Shown: one piece after another, positions 1 through 12,273 of the stretch
How positions within the stretch are numbered: the first letter of the stretch is position 1
How the letters are laid out: each line of letters starts with the position of its first letter
Assembly (NCBI GenBank): GCA_002269645.1
Contig: NIVC01000551.1
Coordinates: 434,001 to 498,000, forward strand
Source: Macrostomum lignano
Taxonomy: Eukaryota
Direction of reading: 5' to 3'
Length of the DNA: 64,000 nt
Translations under genes and position numbers: made by a program
Notes under the pieces: model-generated
Seen by the model: only the letters and a program-made list of their open reading frames with translations
Databases searched by the model: none
Told to the model about the DNA's origin: nothing

Positions 1-15
1 TCCGTTTCATTGCAG

Positions 16-40
16 AGCTGTTGGCATCGACGCCAGCTCC
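16..40 (+). pseudogene. Truncated fragment of a type-B FN3 exon
   Basis: TTTCATTGCAG acceptor followed by AGCTGTTGGCATCGACGCCAGCTC, which matches the start of the 270-bp FN3 exons (AGCTGTTCGGCATTGACGCCAGCTC) with a 1-bp loss. The match then breaks off into Copia-like sequence. Confidence 0.7.
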
Positions 41-94
41 AATCGATGTGGTTTCCTTTATTTGCACCACTGTGAATCAGAGACAACAGTTCGT

Positions 95-400
95 TGCACA
101 TTGAACTCTCACCTTTCCCAAATGGTTTTTTGTGCATTTTGCCTTCCACGCATGCCTTACAAAATGAGATGCCGTCAGCCTGCATGCTGCTTTTATCCAT
201 TGCGATTCCTTCCACTATGCTTCCTCGAAACAGTGATTTCAGAGCTTGCTGCTCCATTAGCTACGGTGAATTCTTCGAGTTAGTAAAGCCTTCCAATTTT
301 CATGACGTCTCCAGCAACGTTTCCACTTTTGTCTACAATTTTATACAGTTTTGAAAACTGCACATTAAAGCTTTTTTCTTGTAACCGCTAATACTGAGAA
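95..400 (-). mobile_element. Ty1/Copia remnant, paralogous to 50468-51000
   Basis: Sequence such as CATTTTGCCTTCCACGCATGCCTTACAAAATGA is shared with 50.47-51.0 kb. That region encodes the Copia pre-integrase motif CKACVEGKM on the minus strand. Confidence 0.7.
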
Positions 401-638
401 CAAGTGTTGGTTTAACTAGCTAACATTATATCACACCACAGACCACACGACATGAAATAAATTATTGATTCGAAATGCTCACTGATTTTGAGAAACACTT
501 ATATTTCTACTTGCTAAAAAACAAACATTTGCTGTCATTAGATATTTATCAGGCAGGCATGCCCCGGTGTAAAATGATAATAAGACAAAAATTGGGACTT
601 TAAAGTTAGGAGCTGCCCACCCCCCCTCGCTACCGCAG

Positions 639-3180
639 AGCTCTTCCCGATTGACGCCAGCTTAGTGAGTTTCACCATCACAGAGACTTCCATCTCCCTG
701 ACTTGGGCTGCGTCCATCACTGAAGGAGTTCTGTACCGGGTGACCTGCAGGCGAGTCAGCACAGGGACGTCAACATCTCTGCCTCCATCAAAGTATCTGA
801 GTGCCAGCATCAGCAGTCTGCAGTCAGGAGAGGCCTACAACCTGAGTGTGGCTGTGACTAAGCAGGGCGGCTTCGATGAAGTTGTCACCTGGCTGCCAAT
901 CCAGCTGACCAGTGAGTTGGAGCTCAGCAAATGATTGCAGCTGCTCTCATGAGGCTCAGCTCGCTTCTATTGGGTCCGTTTCATTGCAGAGCTGTTCGGC
1001 ATTGACGCCAGCTCAGCTCAGTACAGCTCCAATGAGACCGCCATCTCTGTGACTTGGCAGCCATCCAGCACTTCTGGCGTCTCGTACCAGCTCACCTGCA
1101 AGCGAGTCGGCTCAGGTGAGGTCTCGACTGCGTCTTCATCCACTCCGTCTGGCACCTGCGGCTCCCTGCAGTCTGGACAGGAATATGAGCTGCGGGTGGC
1201 TGTGCAGAAGGCGGGCGGCTTTGATGACGTTATCACGGCTCTCTCCAACCAGCTGACCAGTGAGTGCTCGGCTGCTGCGGTGCCACAGTTTTTCCTGCAT
1301 GCATCTTATTAAACAATATTTACCTGAGCATAATCATTGATGCAGATGAATACTCGAAGGGCAGAGCAGCTGTGGCAAACGTTTTTGACTTCCACAATGT
1401 CGAAATTTTTAACTTGTCGGAATTATATCACTTATCAGTGACTGACTGACTGAGTTTCCTTGACTTCTTACTCTTCTTCTTACTTCTGACTCAGTAAATT
1501 GATTGCAGGCCTTCTTAAAAGCGACTGATATTTGCAGTCATTAGAAATTTATCAGGCAGTAGGAGGTCTCTGTATCGGATGATAATTTTGGCAAAAATTT
1601 GGGGCTATAAGTCAGGGGCTGCCCTACCCACAGATGGAAACAGAGGTTCATGTGCGACAGCAGACTGGCTGCAATTCAATGGCTTCTGCTACCTCCTGGT
1701 CAAGGGATCCAACGGACGAAACCTCACAGCGGCAGTTTCTGACTGTCAGAGACGAGACCCGTCTGCTCACCTGCTGTGGATCACATCTCAGTCGGAGATG
1801 AACTGGGTGATGGACTACTCAGCAAGGAACTGGAGACTCAGAGAAGACTACAGAGCTCAGTGCCAAGACTGCAGGTTTCAAGGAGACGCGGCCTGGACCG
1901 GACTGTACAGATACGAGGCAGACGGAGGGAAGTTCAAGTGGCTCAGAGACAACTCCAGCGTCAACGTCAGCATGTAAGCTCTTGTTGCAGGTGGCCTGGG
2001 ACACTCTGGGAAGCTACTGGAACATACCAGTTGCACGTGTTAGAGAATATTCAGTTATTCCCTACGAGTAGCTGCAGTTGAGACATTTGATTTGTTTCGC
2101 GTTTTTGAAAGCTACGAAAGCTGAACTTTATTCATCAAGGCATGGATAGGTTTGGGAAGTCAGGTATTCGTAGCAGGGGGCATAGCCAGGACTGCTTAAT
2201 AGTTGGCTTCCTCATCTAAGGAGCGCCAGCACCAGGGGCGCCAGCACCAGGGGCGCCAGCACCAGGGGCGCCAGCACCAGGGGCGCCAGCACCAGGGGCG
2301 CCAGCACCAGGGGCGCCAGCACCAGGGGCGCCAGCACCAGGGGCGCCAGCACCAGGGGCGCCAGCACCAGGGGCGCCAGCACCAGGGGCGCCAGCACCAG
2401 GGGCGCCAGCACCAGGGGCGCCAGCACCAGGGGCGCCAGCACCAGGGGCGCCAGCACCAGGGGCGCCAGCACCAGGGGCGCCAGCACCAGGGGCGCCAGC
2501 ACCAGAGGCGCCAGCACCAGGGGCGCCAGCACCAGAGGCGCCAGCACCAGGGGCGCCAGCACCAGGGGCGCCAGCACCAGGGGCGCCAGCACCATAGGCC
2601 CCATTTCCCTGAAGTGGGATTGGGAGGCAGCCCCATCCCTTCCAGCCGAAACCAAACCCCGTGTGACCAGGCATTCAAACAATAGCGATCAGTTGACAGT
2701 CATGGGTATCATGACTGGCACATGTCTCTCCTGTCATAGTTGGGTCATACGCCTTACATGTTGAATGCATTACGATCGGCTAAAGCATGCTTTCCATTCC
2801 GGCCGCCACTGCAGAAGCTGGCTAGTCGGTCCCAGCCGCCCGCCCATGAACTTCGGCTTGCTGTTCGACGCCCAGACCCGTCTGATGTGGCGCACCTACC
2901 AGCCTGAGGCGCGCCATTTTCACTTTTGCAAGGCGCCAGTGCGAGTCCAGCAGCCGGAGACAGCTGGGACTGATGCAGCTGATGCTGCTCAAGAGAAAAC
3001 CGTCAGGACCAGATGTCCATCAGCCGCCTGGTCCCCGATTTCTGGACGTCCCGGTGCCAGCCTACAGATGTGCTACATGAAACTCTATCCAGGAAGTTTT
3101 CCTCAAGCTCGAGAGGAGTGCCGCAGATGGGCGCCCAATGCTGACATCCTTCCGGCCAGAAGTCTGCACGGACTGTCTCG
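639..3180 (+). CDS. Partial FN3 + C-type lectin domain gene (gene 0). Exons 639-911, 990-1259, 1634-1973, 2815-3180; 5' and 3' ends not found
   Basis: Two FN3 exons (phase 1-1) splice in frame to 1634-1973 (phase 1-2), which reads WLQFNGFCYLLV...AVSDCQRRDPSAHLLWITSQSEMNWV...AWTGLY...KWLRDNS. That exon splices in frame to 2815-3180 (phase 2-2), which reads SWLVGPS...LMWRTYQPEARHFHFCK and then begins a second CTLD, CPSAAWSP...CYMKL...QAREECRRWAPNADIL. All junctions are GT-AG. Confidence 0.75.
2222..2594. repeat. 15-bp minisatellite (GGCGCCAGCACCAGG)n, about 25 copies, inside the CTLD intron
   Basis: Near-perfect tandem array with no unique spacers. Confidence 0.97.
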
Positions 3181-4513
3181 GTGAGCGAGCTGTAGGAATG
3201 CTCTTAGTTTCTGTGTACTTCTTGACTGTGACACGCTAAAATGTCTGTCGTCAGTCAGCCACAGCCACACACCGTTCTCTCCCGCCAAGCTTAGTGTCCG
3301 CAGGATGTTCTTTAATGGCTTTGTGAGGAATTTTACAACTCAAATCTTTATTTGTCTACTTTTCTCAGTAGTCTGAATTGAATCTTAAATGAAAATCGAC
3401 AGGTCAGTTTTAGGACGGTGATAAAGTCAAGTCCTCTTTACACCCTCTGTGATTGCATGCCTGCGTACTGGGGCAGGTGAATGGGTGCCTTCTGTGGTCT
3501 TCTGTGGTCCACAGAAGGATTGTTCTGAACCACTACTGAACCCATAATGAACCACTGCGTGCCTTCTGTGGTCTTTGATTTTGGGGAATTGCTCAAAGCC
3601 CTTCTTCATAGTAACAATTGCTACTTGCAATATAATCATACCTACAATAAATATAATTATTTTGGAGTGTATGCCGTTGAAATAAAAATAATATATAATT
3701 TTACCGTCTATCATATCAGTAGGAGGTCGCTTACACTACTAAAGATAAAACCATAAAGTAGTATACATCGAGCTTCCTCGATAATGCTATTCAAATGTTT
3801 CAACAGTATGACACAGATTTAAAGTTACTGCATACCCCAAGTTCGAATCTCTTGTTCAAGAACGCTTCAATGCTTCAACTTCACATTCAGAAGCTCGTAA
3901 TCATCACCCTTGAGAAGATTTGATCCAAGGGTCACTGAGAAGTTACCCTTGCACCGTTGGACTTTAGTAGTCCTTGAGCTTAACCCAAGAGTAAAAAAAC
4001 AAGTGAATTTATTTTTAAATGCGATGATGCCTAGTTATGAGTATGGTCAATGAAAAGCCATTCAATTGCCTTATATGCAGAGATATTTCGCGTCAATTTC
4101 GTAAATTAAAAAGTTTTTAAATCTCCCGCGTTTTAACTTTTCAGATTTGATCGAAGAATTCTGTTTTTGCACGTCTGCTACATCGCCAATAAGACAGGCA
4201 AGAGTGACAGTTGAGGAGCACAACTGCAAGACTTCAAAAATATTGTCTATTCGACTTCGTTGGTTAATTTTAAAAATGAATCAGACTTAAAACTGCTTCT
4301 TGTCATTGATTCCAAATTTTACACTATTCAATAACAAGTTGATTAAATCGTCTTCAATTTGTATGATTATTATGTCTAATATGGAAAGGTCTGATATATT
4401 TCGTGTCAGTCACCACTTCAAGCCACATCATTTGAGGTTTGCGTTCTCAAAAAAGTGGCCAGGATTCTGTAGTGCAAGTAATACCCATGAGGGCCAATCC
4501 CAAGGGACTCGGA

Positions 4514-4560
4514 CAAGGACCACTAGAAGGTACGGTGACGGTAACTTCTAGTGGTCCTTG
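4514..4560. other. Perfect 16-bp inverted repeat with a 15-nt loop
   Basis: CAAGGACCACTAGAAG (4514-4529) pairs with CTTCTAGTGGTCCTTG (4545-4560). Confidence 0.8.
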
Positions 4561-4817
4561 AACAACGGAGTATACATGCTAGGGTTCTGTACACATGTAA
4601 TACCCCCAGTTTTGTATTAATTGGGACTCTTAGTATTGCTACAAAAGATGTCTATCAATTTTCAAATTTGAGCAATCTGTAGACATGGGAGTTGGCAGAT
4701 GTCTGCCGCTTCTGTGGGTCAGAGAGGCTCAATTACAGTGTAAAGGGTAAGGTAGAGATGTTGGTGTTTTATTAGATTTTGAACTTTTTCGACTGATGCC
4801 TGCTGGCATCCTGGTTT

Positions 4818-5267
4818 TCAATTTAGCAGCCGGATTCTGGACTCAGAATGCAAAAAACCCAGTGTACAAGCCTGAGATGATGAGGATGTCATGTACACCC
4901 TGTGAGAGAGTGTGTTTGAGGTTTGTGCCTGCGAACAGTATATGCAATATAATGGGCAATCGCCTTCACCGCTAGCGTTTCGCCATCGCCAAGGACCATC
5001 TGGGACTCCTGCGAATATTTTGTGTTTATGTCTTACAATACGAGCGTACACTCGAAACTTGGCATCCAAGGCATTGCGCTCACCTTTGTGTTTAGTTATC
5101 GAGGGAGATCGATAGGTACCTGAAACTTCACATGGATACCTGGTCACAAGTTCAGGGACATAAAAAGCCGGAACTTCATTAGCAGCAAATGTATTGCTGT
5201 TTAGCACTACCATCACAATGGCTAATAAATAGTAGATATTCGCAGAAGACACGGCCCTTGTGCGCAC
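4818..5267 (-). CDS. Possible secreted or glycoprotein-like ORF (149 aa), unknown family, possibly a degenerate element gene
   Basis: N-terminal hydrophobic stretch IYYLLAIVMVVLNSNTFA resembles a signal peptide. The ORF has several Cys and non-repetitive composition. No family was recognised. Confidence 0.3.
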   Translation of the reverse strand: MRTRAVSSANIYYLLAIVMVVLNSNTFAANEVPAFYVPELVTRYPCEVSGTYRSPSITKHKGERNALDAKFRVYARIVRHKHKIFAGVPDGPWRWRNASGEGDCPLYCIYCSQAQTSNTLSHRVYMTSSSSQACTLGFLHSESRIRLLN

Positions 5268-7559
5268 ACGAGAGGGAGATGTGCCAACGGACTGTGGGGG
5301 TAAAGTTTGACAGCTTTCAGGTTAGCATGAAAAGCTTTGAACAAAAGCAAAAGTTCACCCTTGGCAAGGGAGTCAGCGCCAGCGGGTTCTGATCACCGCG
5401 CTCGTGGCTCCTCAGGCAGTTGCCCAGGAAAATCTGGCGTCTCTGGAGCAGGGTGACGCTAAGGGCCGGTACTCGAGCCCGCGAACCGCAGCAGAGACCT
5501 GTACAGTGCGTCCATCAACTGCTCTCGTGCTAGTCACGGGCACGGCTTCCCGTACACGAGAATCGAAGACGGAAAAGGCGCGCCTTCGGTCAGGTCAAGG
5601 GGAACCTGTCTTCCCAGTAAAAGATATGGGGACATGCCAATGCTTTGTCCCTACAGTCTACCACCACACCTTGTGACCCGTTATGGAAATAATGATGTAA
5701 CCACGCTCTGGTCGCGGGATATGGCAGGGGAAATTTTTCAAAAGTACCTCCGATCTCGGTGCACCCCCTGAGCAGAGCTGTCGAGACTGGGCCAGGTCTT
5801 TGACCAGGCCTGCTGACTCCCGCTCTGCTGCGCCTCCTGCTGCCTCGGCTCCGCCTCCCACCCCACCACACCAGCCTTTCCGGAGCCCCTATCCCCCTCT
5901 GCTCCCTCACCCGCTACTCTATTTCCTATGCGCTCTAGCCTATCTATTATGTACTTTTCCCCCCTTTCCCTCTTTTTCTTTCCTTTTGGACTGTTTTTCC
6001 TGCGCTGTCCCCCCTTCTTCCCGTGCCTACTCACAGTACTTTGTGCGCTCACCGCCTCCCCACCCCTTAGTAAACTCCCAAACGGTGACGCAAGCCTTGT
6101 GACCCCTCTTTCCCCTCGATGACTCATCGATGACTCACCACCCCTCTTGCGCAACCTTTCTTATGCTATTGTTCTCCTCCCCAAATTTCTCATGCGACAC
6201 CAACCCCACCTCCGCTTCTATTGTTCTCGTTTTTGGTTCTTTTGTTCTCCTTTTCGCACCCAATTATCACATTTCCCGGATTTTCTCTCGCTTTTGTTCT
6301 CGTTTTCGCACCCAATTGGCACCTTTTCTCCAATGTTTACTTTTCGATTGTTCTCGATTTTCCCAAATTATCCCAGTGTACAGATCTCCAAATAAGATAC
6401 AGAGTAAACTACTATAAGTAGTAACGTAAAAATGCGAAAATGCGAATCTAAAAATTCCGAGTTGTCATACACTATTTTAGAAGACCACGAAAACAACGAG
6501 TAATCATCTTATGTAACATCTAAAAATAGAATTCTAAATATGGTATTGATGCGCAAACCTGTTGTATTCTATTCAATTATCGAGAGGTCAAAATTCCAAA
6601 AAGCAAATGAGTCACCTTCCCAAAATAACCTGTTTACCCCAAAATTTTACTATAAATACAAGCTAAAATCCGAGCTAAAAATCTCAGACTCGGAGCAGCC
6701 TCTAAAGATCTTGGAGCTTGCTGGAACAGCTAAGCGAGGCTATATCTCTGAGAGAGAGATAAACCAATTGGTGAGCCGTTGCTCGAGCCTTTGTTATTGA
6801 TTTTGAGAGCGATTTATTGCCGGCCGCTACTGTCCAGTCGATTTGACTGAGTTCATTGAATTTGAGGCCTCCTATTTTCCTAAGGGATTGGATAGGATCT
6901 GCGGACCGATTCCGATACCCTTAGAGGATTATCGATTGATTGATTTTGGTTATCCTAGATTAACCGATAGGAGCACACGACTCCGATTCCGTTAGATCTA
7001 GAAGAAGACGCCCTTCTTGGAGGACCTCGTTGTTATTACAGAAAGTTGATTTTGTTATAAGGGCGCATCGTTGATATTCATTACTGAGTTTAAGGCCTAT
7101 ATTGATTTGCGTTCGAGAAATACTGCGACGTCGATTTAATTGTTACGCTCTCACCTTCGGCCGACTCTAGACTTCAAGAAGACCACCCCGGGAGGAACCG
7201 CTCTACGGAGACGAGTTCTACAGACGCGCACGACAAAGAAGAGGAGCCCGCAACAGTAAGTGATCACTGATTTTGTTCCCAGGCTTAGGGTCTGGAAGTG
7301 GGAGTTTTCGGGTGACTGATCACCTCCCGAATCAACTCTTCACCCGATTTCCATTTCCTTTGTTCCCGATCCCAGCCCTATTGTTCTCAATTTTGCTTGC
7401 GCAACACTTTCTCGACCTCCCGCTGTGCCAATTATCCCCACTACTAAGGGCCGGCAGATCCGGGCGTTTTGGAGGTGGGGTGGGTGTCAACCCTCCTCGC
7501 CTCTCATTGGCTGGCGCCCCGAGGTGATCGATACGCGTATCGATATCGGCGCTCGGCGC

Positions 7560-7930
7560 GCGCGCGCCGCAGGCGCGTGGCGCCAAGCGCCATCCAGCCG
7601 CAGGCGACCCTCCCCAGCCGCAGGCGACCCTACCGACATGTACCGATATGTATGCTCACCCTACCGACATGTACACCCTCCCGATATGTACCCCGATATG
7701 TATGCAGCAGGCGCCCAAACCGCAGGCACCCCGAGTGTACACTCTCCCAAGCCGCAGGCACCCGGGTGTACACTCTTCCATGCCGCAGGCACCCCGAGTG
7801 TACACTCTCCTCAGTACACTCTCCCAAGTACACTCTCCCCAGTACACTCTCCCTAGTACACTCTCCCGATATGTGTGTACACCGATATGTAGTCAACGAT
7901 ACGTACCCCGCAGGCACCCTATACCTCACG
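7560..7930. repeat. Dispersed repeat family with internal subrepeats, copy 1
   Basis: Subrepeats CGCAGGCGACCCT, CCGAYATGTA and GTACACTCTCCC. The same motifs occur in the same order at 10225-10560. Confidence 0.75.
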
Positions 7931-8030
7931 CCCTGCCCCACCTAGCCTCTTCCCCTCTCTCACCCACATCTCAACTAGCGAAATCGAACCCAGGTCGCGC
8001 CCATACTAGGCCACTACACGGTTTGGGGGT

Positions 8031-8229
8031 ATAGGGAGCGAGAAGTTTTAACCCTGATGTTGACGCAGCCCTGTACAGTGAGCGTGTACGGGCAGAGAGG
8101 GGTGGGGCGGACAGAGAACCAGCCACTAGGTTGTTATACTGTTGAAGCATAGGGAGCGAGAAGTTTTAACCCCGATGCTGACGCAGCCCTGTACAGTGAG
8201 CGTGTACGGGCAGAGAGGGGTGGGGCGGA
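8031..8229. repeat. Direct duplication of about 80 bp (offset 118 bp)
   Basis: ATAGGGAGCGAGAAGTTTTAACCC...GGGGTGGGGCGGA occurs at 8031-8111 and 8149-8229. Confidence 0.9.
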
Positions 8230-10224
8230 AAGAGATGTGAATAACACAGCCTGCTGCAGGAGCCGGATAGAGAGGCGCATGCTAGGACAGAGAGACAGTG
8301 TGAGTCACACACACCCCACAGAGAGAGCCGTACAGAGGATAGAGAGCTCCCTCCCCAGTTGCAGGGGACAGAGAGGCAGGCAGGGTATGCAGGGGCACGC
8401 GAACAGTCAAGGACCACGCGAGGATAGAGTGGAGGAGCAGAGATGTGTATGGACAGAGAGCTGGCCACTGGTGCGTAGTGTGAGGGAACAGAAACATATG
8501 GAGCAGGAGGGAGATAGGGAGCAAACGCGCTGGGTAAGGGAGCCACACAGGGCGGTACAGTGAGACACGGGCAGGGGTGGAGCCGTGCGTGGACAGAGCT
8601 GAACGGCATGGTCAGCTGCAGGAATAGGATGATAGAGAGGCGCGGAGAGGAGGGGACAGAGAGCAGTGTGCAGGGGTAGGCAGCCACGCAGGCAGGGGAA
8701 CAGAGAGGCGCGTGTCAGCCAGTTGCAGCCCGGGACAGAGAAGCGTGAAGGGGGGCCTGGGACAGAGTTCCGAGCAAGGCACAGAGAGGTAGGGTCCGGT
8801 AGCTATGTATAGACAAGGACCCACGCGAGGGCAGGACAGGGGAGTTGCATGCAAGGCCAGAGATGTGTGCGCGGAGGGAGACAGAGAGCAGTGTGTAGGG
8901 GTAGGTAACAGCAAACAATAGTAGATGGCGTGTGGGGACGGAGAAACCAGTCTGAGCGTACAGAGACGTTACAGAGAGGTACACAAACAGAGAACAAAGC
9001 GAGCAGAGCACATGTGTAGGGGCAGAGACGTGAGGGAGAATCGACCAAAACACGCTATGTATTATCAAAAGTTGGTTTTAGTGCAGCATATTTAATAGTG
9101 GTTAGTATAATAGTATGTACATAGTAGGTATAATAGTAGTAATAATAGTAAGTATATTAGCCCAAAAGGTAGGCTAAAACAGGCTAAACTGTGTGTACGC
9201 ATCCTCATCACCCCACAAGCCCCCTCTCCTGCCAGACTCACTCTTCCAAACCCTCCTGTATTGCTGTATGAAGGAAAATATAGTGTAAAAATACAGATCT
9301 TAACCGTCAGACCGCTGAAATCAGGGCACACTAGAGGGGGTTTCGGGGTCTGCATGCTCTATGTAAGCTGCTTGAGGAGGTTCCAAGGGCGTTGTGAGGG
9401 TTTCCATTATGTTTTGAAAAAAAACTAGGGGCTTAAATACAACGTTTTATTCAAAAGTAGGTTATTTTAATGAAATAGCTGCAGACACAATCATTGTCGA
9501 GAGTAGAAATTTTTATAAGAAACCATGCATTTTAGCAAAAATAAACCTTCAAACCACATAAAATTGAATAAAAAGCAGACATTTTCAATTATAAACCGCA
9601 AGTATTTTAATAGAAAAGTAAGCAAACAAAGCACAAAACCAGCAAATTTTACCTTTTTCATTTTAATGTTACTGATAAGGTAGAGAGTAGAAACTTGTGA
9701 GCTGTACGGAGTTAGAAAGTATTAGCCAATATGTATCGTATGAATTATTAGTTCAGCACCAGCCATTGGTCAAGCGAGCATTTATGAAGTTATTACGAGT
9801 GATGAAGGGATAGAGAGCTATATACAGGAAGACAGTATCCTTCTAAACCACCACGAACAGATTGCTAATAGAGATAAGCTTTGTCGGTAGGCAGTATGAG
9901 TAAGCGAAGGCGGGGTAAATACTTTTCCACATGCCAGACAGAACAGTATTGTGCTAGGATTTCTCTCGAAATCGCGGTACGTTATTAGTTTTTATCACAC
10001 CATCCAGATGCGTCAACGGGTCAACAGTAGTCATTTATATGTTATTAGACCTTACAAACCCAGGTCAGGTAAATATTACAAAGAGTATATTGTGTACACA
10101 CGCCAACTCCGAATACCAAGCCATACTAGTCTACTTGCAGTGCTCCTGGAGGGAAGGGATGGTCAAGAGTTACACACCAAGAATGCATTCACACAAAGAG
10201 TACACCACTCGAGACCTGTCCATG

Positions 10225-10560
10225 CGCCCCGATATGTATGACGCAGGCAACCCTCCCGACATGTATGCCGCAGGCGACCCTCCCGACATGTACCCAACAT
10301 GTATGTCGCAGGCGACCCCACCGACATGTACCCCGACATGTACACCCTACCTTATGGCACTCGAGCCACAGGTGCCAAGCGGCCCCCCGAAATGTACGCC
10401 GCGGGCGCCCCCTCCCGAGCCGAAGGTACACTCTTCCAATATGAGTGTACACTCTCCCAATACAAGTGTACACTCTCCCAATATGAGTGTACACTCTCCC
10501 AATATGAGTGTACACTCTCCCGATATGAGTGTACATCGATTTGTAGTCAACAATACCTAT
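10225..10560. repeat. Dispersed repeat family copy 2, with 20-bp GTGTACACTCTCCCAATATGA-like tandem units
   Basis: Homologous to 7560-7930, including the terminal TGTAGTCAAC(G/A)ATAC motif. Confidence 0.75.
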
Positions 10561-11840
10561 TAACACAAAATTAGGCTAGTGAAAACTACTTATAGTAGGT
10601 GAAATTGCGTATATTTACGTAAAAAGTAAGCAAAACACATATTAATCACATCAGTAGGTGTAAATATCAGGGCATAATACATATTACGAAACATATAGGC
10701 GTACGGACATATAGAATTAAGCATATGGGCAGCAAAAAACACACAATGTAGGTGCATTTTATCGATATTTTGGCAGAAAAGTAGGTGAAATAGACAAAAT
10801 AGTAGGTATAATACACAGAACCTACTCATTAGTGTAGTAGGCGCTTGTAGATGCTAGTATATTGTAAAACATAGGTTGAAATACACATACGCACAGTAGA
10901 TACAAGTATAATGCAGGTGCATATGCACACACTGTAGATTCGAATTATGTAGATGCATAGGCTAAAATACACACATCGTAGAGACAGAAGCAGGCATAAT
11001 GCAGGAAAATTATGATACATATTAGTGCGTAAAGTATCATATTATGACACGCTGTAGCACATATTGACATAATGCAGGGGAAAATATTGACAGAAATAGT
11101 ACACAATTGTAGAGGTAACAACCCGCCAACTAGTAAGGGCATCCAGCACTTGTTCAGGTTTTTATTATTTCGAGACGAGTGTCATGCCCCCGCAAGAGAT
11201 CTTATCAGAAATTTGTTGAACTCCACTGCAACTCTCCCCAGAGCCTCCAAATGCGAGTTTTTAACCCAGGGTCGAGTACAAAGGACCCGCCCACTCTTAA
11301 CCCCAAGGGGTGATCCTAGCGGAGACCAAGTACAGTGCGGACGGAGAGGGATAACAGAAAGCGCTGCACTGCACCAGACCGTGGGGCTGCATTCCTCCCC
11401 TGAGGTAGGCGCGTCAGCTCCCACTCCTCATTTAACCATCAAGTAAACTAAAGAAGTCAAGCAGAAAGCCTTACTATCACCCGCAGCCAGCACAAGTAAG
11501 AGTACTTTCCACTAGAGAGCTATAGTGCAAGATTCGCGAGCCAAGTTGAAGCACACCAAATTACACTAAAGACATATGTATTAAAAAGCATACCGGCACC
11601 TCTACAAAAACACAGTATGTACCGATTAAAGTTGCTTTTGGTGCAGTGTATTTAATAAAAAGCAGGTACCTAACACAAAAGTAGGCATCAATGCAGTGCA
11701 CGGACTAAACTGTATTTACAAACGCAGGGCAACGAACTACACACAATGTAGCGCATAGACATAATTGTACGCATAAATGTACGCAATTTCCGGTATATAG
11801 GACCACATGTACGCAAATGTACACAATGTACACAAACAAA

Positions 11841-11843
<3 letters not shown>

Positions 11844-11879
<36 letters not shown>
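11844..11879. repeat. (CA)n microsatellite
   Basis: Seen directly in the sequence. Confidence 0.97.
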
Positions 11880-11881
<2 letters not shown>

Positions 11882-12238
11882 AGGCGTATTCAGCAAGAGC
11901 TTCCTGCCGATGGCGCCATCGCCTGCGGAGAGAGAGAGAGAGAGAGAGTCATGGAAACGACCTTGGAGCGGCGGCTGGGAAGGCTATTTAAGGAATCGGT
12001 TTTCGGCAATGAGAATCCTCAGAAGCGTTACTACGCGTCCCTTCTCGTCCTACTGTGGACTCGCTGTCAGACACCGATCTGACCCATTCGTCTATAGGAC
12101 GAACCCCTGCCGGCCCGCGGTCTGTTACCGCCAAGCATCTTCAGCATCGCCTAAACTACATCAGCGCCTCGTCGCTTTAGCGCATCGCCACTTTACAGCC
12201 TGCCTGTCTACAGCCAACAGCCGCCCACGGTCACTCCG

Positions 12239-12273
<35 letters not shown>

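Noticed and set aside
2174-2190. GGGGCRTAGCCA TIR-like motif next to the 15-bp array, also reversed near 13301 next to the 21-bp array
   Set aside because: No partner TIR or TSD was found for either, so a MITE cannot be supported.
2196-2685. Collagen- or elastin-like GAPGA, RQHQG and WCWRP ORFs
   Set aside because: All frames are open only because of a 15-bp minisatellite inside a GT-AG intron that splits the lectin domain in frame.
4514-4582. Helitron 3' end or rho-independent terminator
   Set aside because: The CTAG is about 18 nt after the hairpin and is not followed by T. There is no U-tract, and the context is eukaryotic.
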